Origin: an uncultured Puniceicoccaceae bacterium
GTDB taxonomy: Bacteria > Verrucomicrobiota > Verrucomicrobiia > Opitutales > Oceanipulchritudinaceae
NCBI GenBank assembly: GCA_963933835.1
Contig: CAWVVV010000003.1
Span: 252,271 to 316,270 of the forward strand
Direction: 5' to 3'
DNA: 64,000 bases
A model generated the notes under the pieces. The model did not search any database. It worked only from the letters and a program-made list of their open reading frames with translations, and was not told the DNA's origin. Both the position numbers and the translations under genes were made by a program. Positions 23,455-32,395 of the stretch are shown in pieces. How positions within the stretch are numbered: the first letter of the stretch is position 1; every line of letters begins with the position of its first letter.

Positions 23455-23823
23455 TTTCGACAACGATTTGAAGGCATTACAATTCGTGCTTTCTGACTAG
23501 GAAACTAGGTAATTAAGTCAGATGATGAATTTGACTTAACGCGTTCAGAGGATTTATCCGGTAATCCACTACTAATTGATTACCAGAACTGCTTCGCTGC
23601 GCGGTATTCATGTTTTGGCGATGGACCGGGAGTTTATCGGAAAAGATTGGTTTCGGTGGCTCAATCGTAAGGCCATCGGCTACATTGCCCAAATCAAAAG
23701 CAATACGATCATCAGTAATCAACACGCAAGATAACAAAAAGTATAAAGTGTCTCATCGAATCGGCATGACACCTTTTACAGCACTGCATAGCTTAAATGC
23801 TTGACCGAGCACCTCCTCCTTAT

Positions 23824-23838
23824 TGAAAGTGACTTTCA
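23824..23838. promoter_or_regulatory. Fur-family (likely Zur) 7-1-7 operator
   Basis: Perfect palindrome TGAAAGT-G-ACTTTCA, 17 bp downstream of TTGACC (23801-23806), overlapping the ATG at 23838. Confidence 0.75.
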
Positions 23839-24221
23839 TGAAGAGAGGAAGAAAGACGAAGTATACAAGAACCGCATCACCTGCGCGGCGCTGGGCTTCG
23901 GCTTTAATGGTAGTGCTCTTGCTAACCTTGTCTTTCGCAAGCGTCAGCCCGATCTTACATGATTGGCTTAATGCGGGCAACTCCTGCGAATCGGTTTGCA
24001 GCAGCGAATCGCATGGTTCTACGGAGGACCAAACCGTCCACGTCTGCGCGGTAGAAATTTTTGGAATGGGCGCGGACTGTCCATCTTCGATAGAGATTCC
24101 ATCCGCAGCTTTGATCGAGGTCGCACAACTCTCGTCTTATTATAATTCAACTTGGGATGAGAAGAGTGTCCGCTCCCGCTGTGCACGTGCCCCACCGATT
24201 GAAAGTGTCGTTACCGCTTAG
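23838..24221 (+). CDS. DUF2946/CruR-like membrane leader protein with a C-terminal RAPP motif
   Basis: Basic N-terminus, TM segment, His/Cys cluster (LHDW, CESVC, HVCAV), RAPP at 24186-24197; 79 bp upstream of a TonB-dependent receptor. Confidence 0.78.
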   Translation: MKRGRKTKYTRTASPARRWASALMVVLLLTLSFASVSPILHDWLNAGNSCESVCSSESHGSTEDQTVHVCAVEIFGMGADCPSSIEIPSAALIEVAQLSSYYNSTWDEKSVRSRCARAPPIESVVTA

Positions 24222-24300
24222 TCTCTAAGCACTACACTCACCGTACCTATGCTGTGAGTGTTACTTCAACAACAACTTTCAACAACAACTTTCAATAACT

Positions 24301-26391
24301 ATGCACAGCTTTATAAAAAAAAGCGGCCTCTTTGCCTGCGCCGCTCTTCTCACGAATATCACCCAAGCAGATCAACTTGATTCCGATTATGTTTACGTAC
24401 TAGACGAATACATTATATCAGCGGGTCCCTTACCACGTCAGATTGAGGACTATTCCAATCCTTTCACCGCTCTCGATACTGATGCGATTCGCCAAGAGTC
24501 CGGCGGCACACTCGGCGAATTACTAGATGGGCAACCAGGTGTTACTTCAACCAGCTTTGGAGCTGGAGCCAGTCGCCCCATTATCCGTGGTTTCGATGCC
24601 GCTCGTGTCCGAATTCTGGAGTCGGGCCTAGGTTCACTCGATGTTTCTGAGACCAGCCCCGATCATGCAGTTTCCGTTGAGCCACTGCTCACGAAACGTA
24701 TTGAGATACTGCGTGGTCCTTCCACATTGCTTTACGGCAGCTCGGCCATCGGCGGCGTGGTCAATGTAGTTGGCCGCGAAATCCCACGTGTTCCGGTCGA
24801 TCCGAAAGGCTACGAAGGTGCCTTCGAGACACGCTATGACACCGTCTCCGAAGGAGAGACTTACCTCGGCTATGGCACAGTTGGCGGTGAGAATTGGGCC
24901 TTTGGAGTATCGGGACTAACTCGGAAAACTGAAAATTATGAAATCCCTGGAGAAGCCGAAGCTTTCCACGAAGAAGAAGCACATGAGGAAGACGACCACG
25001 AGGAGGAAGCATCCGGCGACACACTGGAGAACAGTTTCGTCGAAAATGATTTTATCTCAGTGGGCGGCACTTGGTTCTTCGGAGAACAAAGCTACCTCGG
25101 CGCATCTTTTTCATCCTATGACGCTTTTTACGGAGTGCCGGGACATGGGCACCACGAGGAGGAAGCGCATGATGACCATGAAGAGGAAGATCATCACGAA
25201 GAAGAAGAAGGCGTCGCTATCGATCTGGAACGAAAGCGTTTCGATCTGGAATTGGCGCTTTTTGAGCCGATCGATTGGATCGAAGCTGTTCGCATCCGTT
25301 TCGGCTACACCGACTACGAGCACCTTGAGAACGAAGGTGACGAGATGGGTACTGTTTTCCAACGTGACGGCTGGGAGTTTCGAGCCGAAGCCGCACACCA
25401 TGAATGGACATTTATCGACGAAGGAATCTTCGGGATCGATATTTCGGACACTCGTTTTGAAGCAATCGGGGAAGAGGGCGCTGCCTTCGGCCCACCAACT
25501 GAAACGCGCAATCAGGCATTTTTCATTAGTGAGCAGATTCACCAAGATAAAATGCACTACGAGTTCGGCGGCCGGCTGGAAGCCCAACAAATCGACGCAG
25601 AGGGCGGCTTATCTGATTATAGTGGACTCGCCCTTAGCTTGGCCGCTGGACTCATCTATGAAATCGATGAAAATAACTCTCTTGCGCTCTCCTTACAACG
25701 CTCGCAACGGAACCCAACCTCTTCTGAACTCTATGCCAACGGTGCCCACTTGGCTACCAGCCAGTTCGAAATTGGCGATGCAGACCTTGAGCTTGAAACT
25801 GCATATGGAGTCGATCTAAGCTATCGACACAGTAATTCAGTTTGGAATACCCGCCTCTCAGTCTTCTATACTTACTTCGAAGATTATATCTTCGCAGAGG
25901 CGACCGGTGCTGAAGAAGACGAACTAGCGGTCTTTGCATTTACTGCTTTAGATGCATCTTTCTATGGGCTCGAAGCTGAACTGGAATACCTGCTGATCGA
26001 CAGCAGTGATATCCAATTCAAAATTGGATTACTGGGCGATTTCGTGAAAACTGAAAACCACTCAGCGAAAGATGCACTTCCCCGAACACCTCCACTTCGT
26101 ATCGGAGGAAAGGTCCGTCTGATTCACGGCAACTGGGACACTGGAGTAATCTTACGTCACGCTTTTGAGCAGAACGACACCGCACCGCTTGAAACAGAAA
26201 CTGATGGATACACCGAACTCCAAGCGGACCTGTCATATACCTTCGACTTAAGCAATGACATGGATTTCACGCTATTTGTTCGTGCAGACAATCTATTAGA
26301 CGAAGAGATCCGCCCGCACACATCCTTCCTCAAAGATGATGTGCTGCTCTCTGGCCGTAATTTCACGCTAGGCGCTCGGTTGGAGTTCTAA
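24301..26391 (+). CDS. His/Glu-rich TonB-dependent receptor (ZnuD-like)
   Basis: Signal peptide, plug SRPIIRG..SPDHAV..EILRGPSTLLYGSSAIGGVVN, two HEEE tracts, DNLLDE..GRNF, terminal F. Confidence 0.93.
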   Translation: MHSFIKKSGLFACAALLTNITQADQLDSDYVYVLDEYIISAGPLPRQIEDYSNPFTALDTDAIRQESGGTLGELLDGQPGVTSTSFGAGASRPIIRGFDAARVRILESGLGSLDVSETSPDHAVSVEPLLTKRIEILRGPSTLLYGSSAIGGVVNVVGREIPRVPVDPKGYEGAFETRYDTVSEGETYLGYGTVGGENWAFGVSGLTRKTENYEIPGEAEAFHEEEAHEEDDHEEEASGDTLENSFVENDFISVGGTWFFGEQSYLGASFSSYDAFYGVPGHGHHEEEAHDDHEEEDHHEEEEGVAIDLERKRFDLELALFEPIDWIEAVRIRFGYTDYEHLENEGDEMGTVFQRDGWEFRAEAAHHEWTFIDEGIFGIDISDTRFEAIGEEGAAFGPPTETRNQAFFISEQIHQDKMHYEFGGRLEAQQIDAEGGLSDYSGLALSLAAGLIYEIDENNSLALSLQRSQRNPTSSELYANGAHLATSQFEIGDADLELETAYGVDLSYRHSNSVWNTRLSVFYTYFEDYIFAEATGAEEDELAVFAFTALDASFYGLEAELEYLLIDSSDIQFKIGLLGDFVKTENHSAKDALPRTPPLRIGGKVRLIHGNWDTGVILRHAFEQNDTAPLETETDGYTELQADLSYTFDLSNDMDFTLFVRADNLLDEEIRPHTSFLKDDVLLSGRNFTLGARLEF

Positions 26392-26424
26392 GTAGAGCGA
26401 GTCGCAAAAAAAATCTTCTTTAAG

Positions 26425-26460
26425 AGGAGTTCGCAAGAATGCTTGCGAACTCCTTTTTTT
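26425..26460 (+). terminator. Intrinsic terminator after the receptor
   Basis: 13-bp stem AGGAGTTCGCAAG / CTTGCGAACTCCT, 4-nt loop, T run. Confidence 0.88.
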
Positions 26461-26481
26461 CGGGTAAAATGAGCCGCTATA

Positions 26482-26919
26482 ATGCCCCTCAAAAAGACAG
26501 AGCTTTTAGAAGTTATCATAGATCGCCTAAAGTTAAGCGGCGGCCGCATGACGAAAAAGCGCGAGCGCATCCTCGGTGCTTTACTGACCTTTGATCACCC
26601 CGCTACTGCTGAAGAAATCCGCGAACGGGCAGAGTTACCCCCCTCGGACTTGGTGACAGTCTATCGAAATCTCGAAACCTTTGAATCGATCAACTCGCTC
26701 CAACGGATTCCGCTCGAAAACGGCACTCAGATTTTTGAGCTGACTGCACCTGGAGAGCACTACCACCATCTCATTTGCCGCGAGTGCCACAAAGCCGAAC
26801 GCTTGGACGTCTGCGTAGGCAAAGAATTGATCCACAATGCAAAAGCACGCGGCTACTCACAAATTTCCCATATCATGGAAGTCTACGGCGTCTGCGAAAG
26901 CTGCGAAAGCCCAGCCTAA
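26482..26919 (+). CDS. Fur-family regulator (probably Zur)
   Basis: RMTKKRERIL, TVYRNL, HYHHLICREC, YGVCESC. Confidence 0.93.
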   Translation: MPLKKTELLEVIIDRLKLSGGRMTKKRERILGALLTFDHPATAEEIRERAELPPSDLVTVYRNLETFESINSLQRIPLENGTQIFELTAPGEHYHHLICRECHKAERLDVCVGKELIHNAKARGYSQISHIMEVYGVCESCESPA

Positions 26920-27029
26920 ACGGCAAACCTTGACCTCGCATAATTCAAAGACTTTTACCCAAGAAGCTTAGACACTCCGATCGCTATACACACTTCTCGC
27001 CTCATTACTGAATAAGGGTGGGGTAAAAA

Positions 27030-27527
27030 TTAGTGTGAACATTGGCTCTTCCGGCAGAGGCGAAAGTTCCTTACATGAGCTCCCGCGAGGAAGAGGCCAC
27101 CGATAGTATTAATCCAGGCTCCCGCATTTAACGGTAGAGGCTCTTCAGAGAGATCACGCGAACAGCTTGAGCAGCTGTGCACACAAGTCGCTTCAACGCC
27201 ATCATGTGCTGCCGCATATTGACGCTCATGTATGAGCGCAAAAATCAGAAGACTCAAGCCGACAGCACTCAACGCTGCGACCCACTTATCTTTATGCTTA
27301 CGGCAGCCCATAAACATGGCGAAACCCGTCGTTGGCAGCACCAGTAGCAACATCCAAAGGTGGAAATCCTCATGCACGAAAAAGCTCGTGGCTACAATCG
27401 GGAGCAGCACCAACAAAACCGGCGTTAATAAACAATGTACCGCGCAGACTGTTGCCATCCCAATTGCAAGATGATCGAGCCAGCCATGTGTACGACAACT
27501 ATTTTGAGCGCTATTCATAGTATTCAC
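27030..27527 (-). CDS. MerC-domain membrane protein with a His/Cys-rich loop
   Basis: DHLAIG..VCAVHCL..P, RKHK, AHVRN..LC; insert HDG..CVHSCSSC. Confidence 0.88.
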   Translation of the reverse strand: MNTMNSAQNSCRTHGWLDHLAIGMATVCAVHCLLTPVLLVLLPIVATSFFVHEDFHLWMLLLVLPTTGFAMFMGCRKHKDKWVAALSAVGLSLLIFALIHERQYAAAHDGVEATCVHSCSSCSRDLSEEPLPLNAGAWINTIGGLFLAGAHVRNFRLCRKSQCSH

Positions 27528-27903
27528 AGGTAAGTCAGCACTGGGCGCTAATGCAAGTCTCTTTCGATAAAATATTGCGCAATCCCTTCTCTCAAACCCA
27601 AGATGATCCTGATCGGAATAGCACTCCCATCACTGCCCCCGCACACACACGGGTGCAGCGGTTTTTCCATTGCTTTCAGATGTAACTGCACAGTCTGCGC
27701 AGTACCCATCCCTTGGCTTCAACATATCCAATCGAGCGCAAATCCAGGAGATACGTAACTTTACAGAGTTGCTTCCGCAGATTCTGTTCATTCAAAAGAA
27801 ATAGAATCAATTATGGCCTCAATCCCGGCTTTCATCGCTTCGGGCAGTTTATCTCATTGATTGGATATCTTAGACAGTCTGGGACAGTCCCTGCCAAAGC
27901 GTT

Positions 27904-27923
27904 GTGTCCCTATGTGTGTCCCA
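27904..27923 (+). repeat. Putative integrase arm-type site pair (right)
   Basis: GTGTCCCTATGTGTGTCCCA, 18/20 identical to 23435-23454, about 60 bp before att site 3. Confidence 0.65.
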
Positions 27924-27984
27924 ACTACTTGACTAAAGCCACAAGTGTATTGAATTTCAATGCTTTGTGAATTCAAGTTGAAGA

Positions 27985-28008
27985 GTTCGACTCCCGCCAC
28001 CTCCACCA
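27985..28008 (+). repeat. Copy of the tmRNA 3' end (att site 3)
   Basis: GTTCGACTCCCGCCACCTCCACCA identical to 16729-16752, both followed by TTTT. Confidence 0.93.
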
Positions 28009-28085
28009 TTTTAACAAAGCGATTATCGGCTCAAACAGGCTTGAAACGATAAGCGGGGCGTTGAGCTACTATGCTCCACAGATCG

Positions 28086-29276
28086 CTAGCTATTGAGGTT
28101 ATAGAGGGTCGCTCCCTGCGCCAGAGAGGTCGTGAAGATGTTTGGCTCGTAGTCGAAGGCAGCCATAAACCGCGTCATCATCGCCTTCTCCACCGCATCG
28201 GCTGAGTCCTTGCGAACAAGCGCGACACAACTACCGCCAAAGCCGCCGCCGGTCATTCGACAGCCGGCAACGCCATCGAGCTCCTGAGCTGTGGCTGCGA
28301 TGAAATCGAGTTCTTTGCAGCTGACTTGAAAGTCGGCGCGCAGAGATAGGTGACTACCATTGAGCAAAGTTCCAAAGGTATCGATCGAGCCGCGCTTGAG
28401 GGCTTGGACTGCCTTTTGGGTCCGATCGACCTCCGTCACAACATGGCGCACGTAGCGGCCAAGCTCTTCATCGATGAGCGCGTGCTCCAGCGCTCCAGCG
28501 AGTTTCTCAATAGGCAGATGGCCGAGAAACTTAAGTCCGAGGATGTCTGCCGCCTTATCACAGCCCTGACGGCGCTTGGCATACTCGCCATCGACGAGGG
28601 CATGCGTCACCCGCGAATCGATGATCATTACAGTCCAATCAGGGAAATCAAAAGGCGTTAAGGCCGACGTCTCAAATTCACAGTTCAGCAAAAGCAGGTG
28701 ATCTCTCTCACAATTTAGAACCGCCGCCTGATCCATAATGCCACAAGGGACGCCCGCGAAATCGCGCTCTGCCATCTGGCAAATCTTCGCCAGCGCCATG
28801 CGATCCATTGTCTTTCCTGCGAGCTCCAGGCAAAGTAGCGCGAAAGCCGCCTCAAGGGCAGCACTACTACTCAGGCCCCCACCGATCGGAATCGTCGAGT
28901 CCACATAAGCATCGAATCCAGTCGTCTCGACGCCAGCCTCAGTCATCCCAGCTAAGACGCCCTTCACATAGCGCTCCCAACCCTCGTCCCCGACAGCAAG
29001 ATCATCTAGTTTGAATTCAATCGCGTCGGTAAACCCTTTCGCAGTCAAACGCACGACGCCGTCTGTGCGTGGACTCGCCAAAACCAGTAGATGCTTGTCG
29101 ATCGCAGCGGGCAGGACATTGCCACCGTTATAGTCGACGTGTTCACCGATTAGATTCACGCGACCCGGGGCGATAACAGCGATCTCAGGCTCAACATTCC
29201 AACGAAGCTTCATCCGCTCTAGGGCATCAGCAAAAATCGGCGAAGAGAGTATCAGACTATTCGGTTTTTCAGTCAC
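28086..29276 (-). CDS. galK: Galactokinase
   Basis: APGRVNLIGEHVDYN, PIGGGLSSSAALE, CGIMDQ, GCRMTGGGFGG; start uncertain (GTG 29276 chosen, ORF extends to 29339). Confidence 0.93.
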   Translation of the reverse strand: MTEKPNSLILSSPIFADALERMKLRWNVEPEIAVIAPGRVNLIGEHVDYNGGNVLPAAIDKHLLVLASPRTDGVVRLTAKGFTDAIEFKLDDLAVGDEGWERYVKGVLAGMTEAGVETTGFDAYVDSTIPIGGGLSSSAALEAAFALLCLELAGKTMDRMALAKICQMAERDFAGVPCGIMDQAAVLNCERDHLLLLNCEFETSALTPFDFPDWTVMIIDSRVTHALVDGEYAKRRQGCDKAADILGLKFLGHLPIEKLAGALEHALIDEELGRYVRHVVTEVDRTQKAVQALKRGSIDTFGTLLNGSHLSLRADFQVSCKELDFIAATAQELDGVAGCRMTGGGFGGSCVALVRKDSADAVEKAMMTRFMAAFDYEPNIFTTSLAQGATLYNLNS

Positions 29277-29609
29277 GGTTAGGGTTGATTTAAAGGAACC
29301 CGACAAATCATTCCGACGGAATCGGTAAAATTCAATCATCCAACTTCAGAAAACCACCTCAAGTAGATACGAGCTAGAAGGAGCTGACTATCCAAGTGTC
29401 ATAGGGAAGTATCTTTCTCCTCCCAATAATGTGAATCACTAGCGTGCAGAGTATATCCTTTTTCGAGTTCGTCCCAACAGCGTTCCCAACTGTGTTAAAA
29501 GTGAATCCGTCGACGTTAGCGGGGTGATGATGCCAGCATATTCATAAGGCGTAAACCTGCATCTCGGCGCTTTCCTTTTACCCTAATATTGGATAGCCTG
29601 ATAATCGTC

Positions 29610-30548
29610 ATGATTAGCCCATCCCATATCCTCTCTTACAGCTTTCTCGCCTTTACGGGCCTTGTTTCCCCTCTTTCAGCTCAAATCACCTTCTCGATCG
29701 ATGGAGGGAGCGCCGTGCCCCCTTTCAGTTCGGCAGATCTCATCGGTCCGGGACCGGCATTGATCCTAAAGGGTTCATCCATCGGCGTCGAAGTGAATGC
29801 CTTTCCCTATGGCCGCCACCCCATTGATGCAGAGCTCGGAACTCCCTATTTCAGTGTCATTCCGGGTTCTACGGGGGCGCCAGGTTCGGCTGTTGCAGCT
29901 GAGTTTTTGAAAGGTGGCGATGAGCCAGCCGATGTCTACGGCGCAATCATCGGCAGTATGACCAACTTTTAAGCTTGGGACGGAGACGGCTCGTCCGCCC
30001 CCTTCCTCGGTCTTCCCGAACCCTCGATGGCAAATGTGGACGCCTAGGACATGCGGCCAACTATCCCATTTGGAGTCGGCACGGGACTCTACTGGTCCGT
30101 CGATGCTGCATCTACTTTTTTGCTTCCTTACTCTACTGGAGGGACCGAAGCCGATATCTGGTTCAGCCCTCCGGTCGTTGATTTTGCTGATATGCCCGCG
30201 CTCTATGCGCCCGCCGTTGCCCTTGGACTGGCGGCGGGGGACGACATCAACGCACTCGTCGTGATCGATGATGGATCCGCTGGTTTCTCGATAGCTACCA
30301 ATCTGGTTTTCTTATCCCTCGCCACCGGGTCGCCAACGCTTCTGGCATTGGGCGTGGGGCCTGAAGACGTTTTGATTGTTGGCGGCGGGGCGGCGTTGAG
30401 CCTCGCTCTTCCGGGTGCAGCCATCGGCTTGGCTCCCGGCGACGATCTGAATGCACTCGATTTCCACATCGTGCCTGAACCCGCGCTCCTCACCCTAATG
30501 GGTAGCCTTCTCGTTCTATTTACCGCGGTCCAACGTCGACGGATTTAA
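29610..30548 (+). pseudogene. PEP-CTERM protein with two in-frame stops
   Basis: One frame throughout: signal peptide, TAA 29970-29972, TAG 30045-30047, LGL..GDDxNAL repeats, VPEP + TM + RRR. Confidence 0.82.
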
Positions 30549-30757
30549 AAGAGCGGACATACGCACAATAGTAGTATTTCGATAAGGCTACATGTGTACT
30601 GATCAACCGGATACAGTTGAGCCGTAATTAAAAACAAGATGACTGCCGTGCGCCGGTCCAAGATGGGATCAAACCATCAGCGCATTGAAACGTATCCACA
30701 GGATCGCTACAGATAGCTAGCCCCTTAGGATTGTTCGTCGAAGAAGACGACCTCGGT

Positions 30758-30804
30758 GCCCTTACGGCCCAGCTTAGTCTTGCAGAGTTTGCCCGTGGGT
30801 TGTC
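30758..30804 (-). repeat. Diverged duplicate of the rsmH 3' end
   Basis: 43/47 identical to 32400-32446; translates DNPRANSARLSWAVRA versus DNPRASSAKLRWAVRA. Confidence 0.88.
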
Positions 30805-30954
30805 CAAAAAGTAGTTAAATAGTCCAATTAAGCCCTATTTATTGGTTCCTAGCAGTCACTACTCTCCCGTAAAGCGGCGTTCTAAACGGCAAATTCCTTG
30901 CCTTTTCACCGCCTATGTCTTGTCGCTCATCATTGTCACTTTCCTTTCATCGCC

Positions 30955-32361
30955 ATGACTGAGCCTACAGCACAAAAGATCCTTTCCACCTACGAAAAGA
31001 CCCTCGCGATCAATCTTGATCCGGAAACCTACGGCGTTTTTGCGGAGATCGGGGCTGGTCAGGAGACGACCAACTGGTTCTTTCGGGTCTCAGCCAGCGC
31101 GGGAACGGTCGCCAAATCGATCTCGGCCTATGACATGACGATGAGTGACGCGCTCTATGGGAAAGCCCAGCGCTACGTATCGCAGGAGCGACTTCGCTCG
31201 ATGCTGGCCTACGAGTACGATCTGCTCGATCAGCGACTAGGGCCAGAACGCGGCGCGAAATCGACCTTCTTTTCCTTCTGCAACACTGTGAGGGCGCGTG
31301 GCTACCGTGACACGGCCGAATGCCACGGGTGGCTCGGAGTGCGTTTTCAACTCAAGCCCGAAACGCCCCCCTGTGAGATCGTCCTCCACCTGCGCCTGCT
31401 TGACGAATCCAACGCCGATCAAATGGATGCACTCGGGAAAGTCGGGGTGAATCTCATCTATGCCGCTTTTTATCACCGCGAGAGTCTCGGCACCTTTGTC
31501 CAATCGCTGGCGGACAACCTTAACAGCGACCAGGTCGAAGTCGATATGCTCCGCTTCGATGGCGAGGGCTTCCAGCATATCGACAACCGCCTCTGCGCGC
31601 TCGAGCTCCTCCAGTGCGGCCTGACAAACGCCGCGATGTTCAACAAGGACGGCGAGGTCGTGCAGGCAGCCGACGCGCTCTACAAGCGCCCTATTTTGTT
31701 ACTACGAGGCAGTTTCAATCCTGTCCTAAAACTCCACCTCGACATGATCCACCAGGCCAGTTCGGTCTTCAGCCAGGTGATGGATGCGAAGCAGCACGAG
31801 CGCGCCATCGAGCTCTGCGAAATCAGCACGAAGAATCTCTTAAGGGACGGCGCCCTCGACCATGAAGAATTCCTCAACCGCGCCGACGCCCTACAGAGCC
31901 TCGGAAAAACCGTCCTCGTCTCAAGCAGCGCAGAGTTTCACCGCATCGCGACCTATCTCAGCCGTTACACCGCTGAGCCGATTGGGATCATCCTGAGCAT
32001 AGGCCTACTCAATGAGCTCTTTAAGGGCAAGTGGTCAGAGAACCTCTCTGGTGGCATCCTCGAATCCTTTGGTCGGCTCTTTAAAAACGGCGTCCAGCTC
32101 TTCGTCTACCCTTGGCACAACACCCGTAGTAAAGAATTGGTGACAGCTGATAGCTTTAAGGCACCCGAGAACTGGCAACACTTCTACCAGCACCTCATCC
32201 AAAATACTCGCGTGCGTTCGATCGGCGTAGGTGACCCTACGCTCCTTTCCAACACAGGTCGCAAGGTGCTCGACATGATCCATTCCGGCGACACCGAATG
32301 GGAGAAGTGGGTCCCTGATGAGGCGCACTCAATGGTCCGCCGCCAGATCGAGAAGAGCTAG
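30955..32361 (+). CDS. Conserved cytoplasmic protein with a nucleotidyltransferase-like (NadD-like) C-terminal domain
   Basis: YGVFAEIGAGQE, AGTVAKSISAYDM, RGSFNPVLKLH (HxGH-like region); no signal peptide. Confidence 0.75.
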   Translation: MTEPTAQKILSTYEKTLAINLDPETYGVFAEIGAGQETTNWFFRVSASAGTVAKSISAYDMTMSDALYGKAQRYVSQERLRSMLAYEYDLLDQRLGPERGAKSTFFSFCNTVRARGYRDTAECHGWLGVRFQLKPETPPCEIVLHLRLLDESNADQMDALGKVGVNLIYAAFYHRESLGTFVQSLADNLNSDQVEVDMLRFDGEGFQHIDNRLCALELLQCGLTNAAMFNKDGEVVQAADALYKRPILLLRGSFNPVLKLHLDMIHQASSVFSQVMDAKQHERAIELCEISTKNLLRDGALDHEEFLNRADALQSLGKTVLVSSSAEFHRIATYLSRYTAEPIGIILSIGLLNELFKGKWSENLSGGILESFGRLFKNGVQLFVYPWHNTRSKELVTADSFKAPENWQHFYQHLIQNTRVRSIGVGDPTLLSNTGRKVLDMIHSGDTEWEKWVPDEAHSMVRRQIEKS

Positions 32362-32395
32362 ACGAGCCAGCCCACGAACAACGGCAGTGCTACCT

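Larger units (their letters stand above)
23244..28008. mobile_element. Island 2 at tmRNA att: putative zinc-uptake cassette without integrase
   Basis: Bounded by tmRNA-end copies; AT-rich ends; 20-bp arm-like repeats at 23435 and 27904. Confidence 0.82.

Noticed and set aside
23460..23800. Possible integrase remnant at the left end of island 2 (also 22890-23210 and 27600-27900)
   Set aside because: Short ORFs with no recognisable R..HxxR..Y or other recombinase motifs by eye; needs tBLASTn
27030..27527. Mercury resistance locus
   Set aside because: MerC domain only; no merA, merR, merT or merP, and the context points to nutrient metal uptake
23214..28008. Additional tRNA or tmRNA genes at 23214 and 27985
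   Set aside because: Only the T-arm/acceptor 3' end is present; there is no matching 5' acceptor strand upstream
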